DNA from: a candidate division WOR-3 bacterium
GTDB lineage: Bacteria; Hydrothermota; 32-111
Direction of reading: 5' to 3'
DNA length: 64,000 bases
Assembly (NCBI GenBank): GCA_039804105.1
Contig: JBDRZU010000001.1
Location: forward strand, 1,024,001-1,088,000
Shown: positions 59,815 to 64,000 of the stretch, one piece after another
Numbering within the stretch: position 1 is the stretch's first letter
Layout: each line of letters begins with the position of its first letter
Made by a program: the position numbers and the translations under genes
Notes under the pieces: model-generated
The model's input: only the letters and a program-made list of their open reading frames with translations
What the model was told of the DNA's origin: nothing
Databases searched by the model: none

Positions 59815-60207
59815 TTAATGCTTATGGTTATAGTTGTGATGGTGGTTGTGATCATGTTTATGGTTATGATCGTGTTCATGATGACATGTTTTTTCCCCAA
59901 ATTTTAAAGAATCGTTAGCAAAATCTCTTGCAATGTTTTCAACCGTGTCGATTTTAACACCTTCTATAACCTTGATCTTTTTGAACTCAAAAATCTTTTT
60001 TGCATTATCACCAATGCTTCCAACAATCACAACTTCAATATTCTGTTTTGAAAGCCAATTAGGAATAACTCCCGGCTGATGTGGTGGAGGTGTTAGTTGT
60101 TCAATCAATTTTACATTACCATTTTCAATTTCATAGATAAAAAACTGTGGACTGTGACCAAAATGAGAAGAAAGATTGTTGTTTTCACCAGCGATAGCGA
60201 TTCTCAT
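59815..60207 (-). CDS. NifB/NifX family (IssA-like) protein with a His-rich tail
   Basis: SHFGHSPQF, PHQPG, CHHEHDHNHKHDHNHHH. Confidence 0.88.
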   Translation of the reverse strand: MRIAIAGENNNLSSHFGHSPQFFIYEIENGNVKLIEQLTPPPHQPGVIPNWLSKQNIEVVIVGSIGDNAKKIFEFKKIKVIEGVKIDTVENIARDFANDSLKFGEKTCHHEHDHNHKHDHNHHHNYNHKH

Positions 60208-60473
60208 TTTTCCTCCCTTTCAGTATTATTTTCAACCATTTTTTTCAGTTCGTTAAGATATTTTTCCGTGTTTTCGATTTTCTTTTTTAACCCTTCATTT
60301 GAAAGTTCACCTGATTCACCTCTGAATCCAAACCTTCTCTGGTTTCTGTTATAACATTTTCTTCCTCTTTTTCCAGTTATAAATCCTGGCTGTTTATAAC
60401 CAGAACAATAACCAAATCCTCTACCTGTTCTTGGACCAAATCCTTCAAGACCTCTTCCATTTCCTCCAGGCAT
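60204..60473 (-). CDS. DUF5320-like small Gly/Arg-rich protein
   Basis: MPGGNGRG..GFGPRTGRGFGYCSG..PGF followed by a coiled coil. Confidence 0.8.
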   Translation of the reverse strand: MPGGNGRGLEGFGPRTGRGFGYCSGYKQPGFITGKRGRKCYNRNQRRFGFRGESGELSNEGLKKKIENTEKYLNELKKMVENNTEREEK

Positions 60474-60491
60474 GATACCTTCTTTTTGTTT

Positions 60492-60532
60492 TTAGCATAT
60501 GCTAATTATAATTAAATTTTCCATTTCGTCAA
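60492..60532 (-). promoter_or_regulatory. Promoter plus 14-bp palindromic operator for the DUF5320-NifX-DUF134 operon
   Basis: TTGACG (60532-60527), N16, TATAAT (60510-60505); perfect palindrome TTAGCATATGCTAA at 60492-60505. Confidence 0.6.
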
Positions 60533-60621
60533 GGTGTTTTTTTAAATCATCAATGAAAAATTTTATAGAAAATTAATTGTTATACATGCAGATAATTGTT
60601 GAAATTTTTGCTATTTACAAT

Positions 60622-60650
60622 AAAATGTCAAAATGTCAAGCACCGTCCCC
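60622..60650 (+). repeat. REP-like repeat, copy F (1 mismatch)
   Basis: AAAATGTCAAAATGTCAAGCACCGTCCCC. Confidence 0.88.
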
Positions 60651-60672
60651 AATTTAGATAAATTTTTTTGTT

Positions 60673-61385
60673 TCAGGGTGAAATTAATTCTCCATGTTGA
60701 AAAACTTTTAAACCAGTAATTTCGTGCCAAGTTTCATTTTCTGTTAATTTTTCCGTTGCTATAATTATTGCTTTTTCATCTGGAGATTTTATATCTGCCA
60801 AATTAATTTCATATTGAACATCTTTTAATTTTACAAATTCAAAAGGTGCTTTTCTTTGAGTATAGAATAAACGATCGTCACCATAAGCATAAAGTTTTCT
60901 TCCATCTGAAATGAGAAAATTCAATCTTCCATACCTTTTAATTACATCAGATTCTTTTTCTAATATTTTTTCGATTTCTTTTGTATTGCTTTGTATCTTT
61001 TCCATTAAATAACAAAAAATATGTTCTGAGTCAGTTTTTCCTTTTGGTTCTAAAATTTTAAGCGATAGGTTGTTTATATTTACAGTTCCATTATGGGCAA
61101 AGATCCAATTATTTATTTTAAAAGGATGGGTATTATCGTGATTTTGAGCTCCACATGATGCCAATCGAACATGCCCTATGATTATTTTGCTTTTAAAGGT
61201 AAATTCTTTTTTTGTAATATCTTCTTTTTCTAAAGAATCTGGTTTTTTAAGAATCTCCCACTTACCATTTTCAAAAAAGCAAATCCCCACCCATGGTTAT
61301 TTATTTTACCCCTATATTGAAACTCTTTCAAAGAAAACTGGACATCCACTTCTTTATTAGAACATACACCCAATAATTGACACAT
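60673..61385 (-). pseudogene. Class II (Ntn) glutamine amidotransferase, YafJ/EgtC-like, frameshifted
   Basis: ATG 61385 (GGAGG RBS) gives MCQLLGVCSN...HGWGFAF. The rest (ENGKW...GHVRLAS...NTHPF...FAHNG...GKTDSE) is in another frame, with the shift in a T6 run (A6 at 61273-61278). Confidence 0.75.
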
Positions 61386-61431
61386 TTCCCCTCCTTTTTA
61401 AAATTTTATTTCTTTTTATCAATTAAAATTT

Positions 61432-61460
61432 GGGGACGGTGCTTGACTTTTTGACATTTT
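61432..61460 (-). repeat. REP-like repeat, copy G
   Basis: GGGGACGGTGCTTGACTTTTTGACATTTT. Confidence 0.9.
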
Positions 61461-61557
61461 TTTTATAAGTATTTTTAAAATAAATATTTAACATCGTCGA
61501 TCAGGTATTAATAATTTAAAAAAAATAATTTTTTAGATAATAACATAAACATTTTTC

Positions 61558-64000
61558 TTAATACTTTAACTCAAAATTTTTTTCTTTCTTTAAAAATTTA
61601 ACACTTTTATCAAAAATTTCTTCAAAAATCAATTTCAATAAATTTTCGAAATTCTTTAATACTTCATCATCAACAATTAATTTATCATTCCCAACTTCAG
61701 CATCAAAAAATCTTTTCGGTTTTCTTAAAGAATAAATCCTTAAACCAAATTTTTCCCATTCTCTGTTTTTTCCTCTTTCCTTGTTAATAATATATGCATA
61801 AAAAAGAAGTTGAAAAAGTTTTGAATACTTTTCTGGATTTCCTTTTAATTTTTCAAAATTTTCTAAACTCTTTTCTCCAGCAAAATCAAAATCTTCGTTT
61901 TTTAATTTCATTTCGTTATCTTGTATACTCCCTGTCTTATAATCACAAATTCTAAGATTTCCATTTTCTTTTTCTATTCTATCAATAGTGCCTTTTAGTT
62001 TTAAATCAAAACCTGAAAATTTTTCTGTAATTTCAATTTCTTTTTCTACTTCACATATTTCAAGGCCATTTTTAACCCTCTCTAAATCATATCTCAAAAA
62101 ATCTTTTACCATCTTTTTTATCATCTCTTTCATAAGAAGTGGCTTTCCAAATGAAGAGTCATTAATTTTGTTGTTTTTAAAGTCATTTTCAATTATTTTA
62201 TCATATTTAATGTTTTCCAAAATTTTTTCAATATCTTTTTCTTTAAACATTTCTTTCTTTAATTGTAAATTTGAATATAATTCTTTCAGTATACTATGTG
62301 CTGCTGTTCCAATAATATCTGCTCCAACTTCACCCGGTTCATTTTCCTCTTTGACTCCCAAAACAAAGTTATAATAGAAATCAATAGGATTTCTCAAATA
62401 CGTTATAAGTGCGGTTGGAGAAAATTTTTTTTCTTTTAAAATCTCTATTATACTATCATTCTTTTCTATCTCTTCTAAACACACTTTATTTTCAACATAA
62501 TAATCAATATACGAAAAATTGATTTTAATATTTTCAAATATTCCACCTTTTCTATTTTCATAAAGAATTTGCTCTATAAATCTGCTTCTTTCTTTAAAAT
62601 CGACATCTCCTCCTGTTGAATAGGAAATATAAAATTTTTTACTTTTAAAAAGCAAAGAATAAAAATAGTATGAAAACAAAATATCGTTTTCCCTATATGT
62701 AGGAAGTCCCCATATAACTCTTAAATCGTAAGGAATAAATGTTTTTTCATCTTTTCCTTTTGGGATTATACCTTCATTTACAGAAAGAATTATCGTTTTT
62801 TCAAAATCAAGACATCTCGTTTCAAGAACACCCATAATTTGAAAATCCTGTAAAGGATCTCCAGAATATGGAACTTTTTCATTTTTTATCATTCTTCTTA
62901 TCAGAGTTTCAAGAGTTTCAAGATTTTCAATATTCCCAAATTCAATATCTTTATACTTTTCAACAAAAGATATCATTCTGTTTAAAATCTGAACCATTCT
63001 AACACTATTTGCTTCTTCGATGACTCTATTTTCACTTTCTTCTCTGTGTCCAACCATAAGAACTATATTTAAAATCTTTTTTAAAATTTCTAATGGAGAA
63101 AGAAACTTATTATTTGAATACCATTCAAAAATATTCTGTAAAAATTCATCATCAAACTTTTCATCTAAACCTATAAAAGTGATTCCCTTATCAATTTTCT
63201 CTTCTAAAGATTTCAAAAACTTTTTATGTTTATAGTTTTGTTTTATATATGTTGATTCGATAACATTTAAAACATCTTTATAGTAAAAACCTTTTTCATT
63301 TTTTTCACAATGCATTTTTAAAATATCGAGCACAAACCTTGCGATAGGTGTTTGTTCAAAGGGAAACCCCATCGTGATATTGATTTTATTTATGTATGAT
63401 GGAATCCCTGAAATAACAGGGAAAAGTAATGTTTCATCTGGAAGAACAACTGTTGCATTAGTTTGTTTATCATTAAGAACACTTTCGAAAAGATGTATTT
63501 GAGAAACAGATGAAGAAGACGAATATATAGATATTTCCTCGTTTAAATAAGTATCTATAATAATACCATTTTTTTCCCATTTGTTTAGATATTCTTTAAT
63601 AAATTTTACGGATTCAAAGTCTTTCTCAATTAATTTTTGTTGAGTATCAAAAACAATTTTTACATTACAATTTTTTATCAGATTATCAATGATCTTTTGT
63701 TCTGATGGAGTAAAAATACCAAAGCCCGCTATGATTACATTTTTATATTTTTTAAAATCTTTTGACTTTTCACTTGCCTTTCGATAAATCCTACCTCTAT
63801 ATCCACTATTTTTCTTATCAAGTTCTTCGTTAATTAAAGAATAAACCTTTTCAAAAACATTCATAAAATCGAGATACTTTTTCCCAGAATTCTCATATTG
63901 ATTTAAAATTTCAATATTCTCTATTTTCTTTTTGTCTAACAGATAAAGATCTATATCATTAAAATCATTCAAAAAAATATCAAAAATTTTAACAAAATCT
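61558..64000 (-). CDS. AddB/RexB-like PD-(D/E)XK nuclease family protein, 5' end outside the window
   Basis: VVLPDETLL, NITMG, QIMGVLETRCLDF, SRFIEQ, FSPTAL, GTIDRIE..ICDYKTG, QLLFYA. The frame stays open to the window edge. Confidence 0.85.
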   Translation of the reverse strand, partial: DFVKIFDIFLNDFNDIDLYLLDKKKIENIEILNQYENSGKKYLDFMNVFEKVYSLINEELDKKNSGYRGRIYRKASEKSKDFKKYKNVIIAGFGIFTPSEQKIIDNLIKNCNVKIVFDTQQKLIEKDFESVKFIKEYLNKWEKNGIIIDTYLNEEISIYSSSSSVSQIHLFESVLNDKQTNATVVLPDETLLFPVISGIPSYINKINITMGFPFEQTPIARFVLDILKMHCEKNEKGFYYKDVLNVIESTYIKQNYKHKKFLKSLEEKIDKGITFIGLDEKFDDEFLQNIFEWYSNNKFLSPLEILKKILNIVLMVGHREESENRVIEEANSVRMVQILNRMISFVEKYKDIEFGNIENLETLETLIRRMIKNEKVPYSGDPLQDFQIMGVLETRCLDFEKTIILSVNEGIIPKGKDEKTFIPYDLRVIWGLPTYRENDILFSYYFYSLLFKSKKFYISYSTGGDVDFKERSRFIEQILYENRKGGIFENIKINFSYIDYYVENKVCLEEIEKNDSIIEILKEKKFSPTALITYLRNPIDFYYNFVLGVKEENEPGEVGADIIGTAAHSILKELYSNLQLKKEMFKEKDIEKILENIKYDKIIENDFKNNKINDSSFGKPLLMKEMIKKMVKDFLRYDLERVKNGLEICEVEKEIEITEKFSGFDLKLKGTIDRIEKENGNLRICDYKTGSIQDNEMKLKNEDFDFAGEKSLENFEKLKGNPEKYSKLFQLLFYAYIINKERGKNREWEKFGLRIYSLRKPKRFFDAEVGNDKLIVDDEVLKNFENLLKLIFEEIFDKSVKFLKKEKNFELKY

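Noticed and set aside
1675..63235. Numerous 60-165 aa ORFs opposite or inside long genes
   Set aside because: They fully overlap well-supported genes, have Phe/Ile/Ser-rich shadow composition and show no motifs.
1..64000. tRNA, rRNA or riboswitch genes
   Set aside because: No GC-rich structured intergenic stretch of suitable length was recognised; a covariance-model scan would be needed to exclude small RNAs.

Overview
A very AT-rich diderm bacterial chromosome segment, probably from an anaerobe; it encodes LptD, an ileS-dksA-lspA block, [FeFe]-hydrogenases and an Mbx/MBS-type complex. Bases 1-15,000 hold a type III-D CRISPR-Cas locus on the minus strand. It comprises Cas7-insertion (partial), Csx19, Cas7-Cas7, Csx10, an HD-less GGDD Cas10, Cas6 and an array of 8 full repeats plus one half repeat, with its own sigma70 promoter. 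The locus has three ancillary arms: a beta-CASP nuclease fused to an APE2256/Crn1-like CARF module, a CARF-HEPN RNase, and a three-gene module of a sigma-factor-like protein, a CalpT-like putative anti-sigma with an internal 'VLAA' motif, and a Lon Ser-Lys protease fused to TPR-like repeats instead of SAVED. That last module is the best candidate for an undescribed system: a CalpL/T/S-like proteolytic signalling cascade with a different sensor. A 34-bp repeat / 35-bp insert / 34-bp repeat scar at the cas6-CARF junction resembles ectopic spacer integration. The remainder is housekeeping and energy metabolism: isc-type Fe-S genes, HU, lptD, ileS, upp, oadB/G, cstA, a hydrogenase cluster with two different HydB/HydC pairs and a sensory hydrogenase, and a 13-gene Mbx/MBS operon. 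Seven copies of a ~29-bp REP-like repeat punctuate this region and are linked to a RAYT (Y1 HUH) transposase. All family assignments come from motif recognition by eye; no database search was run.
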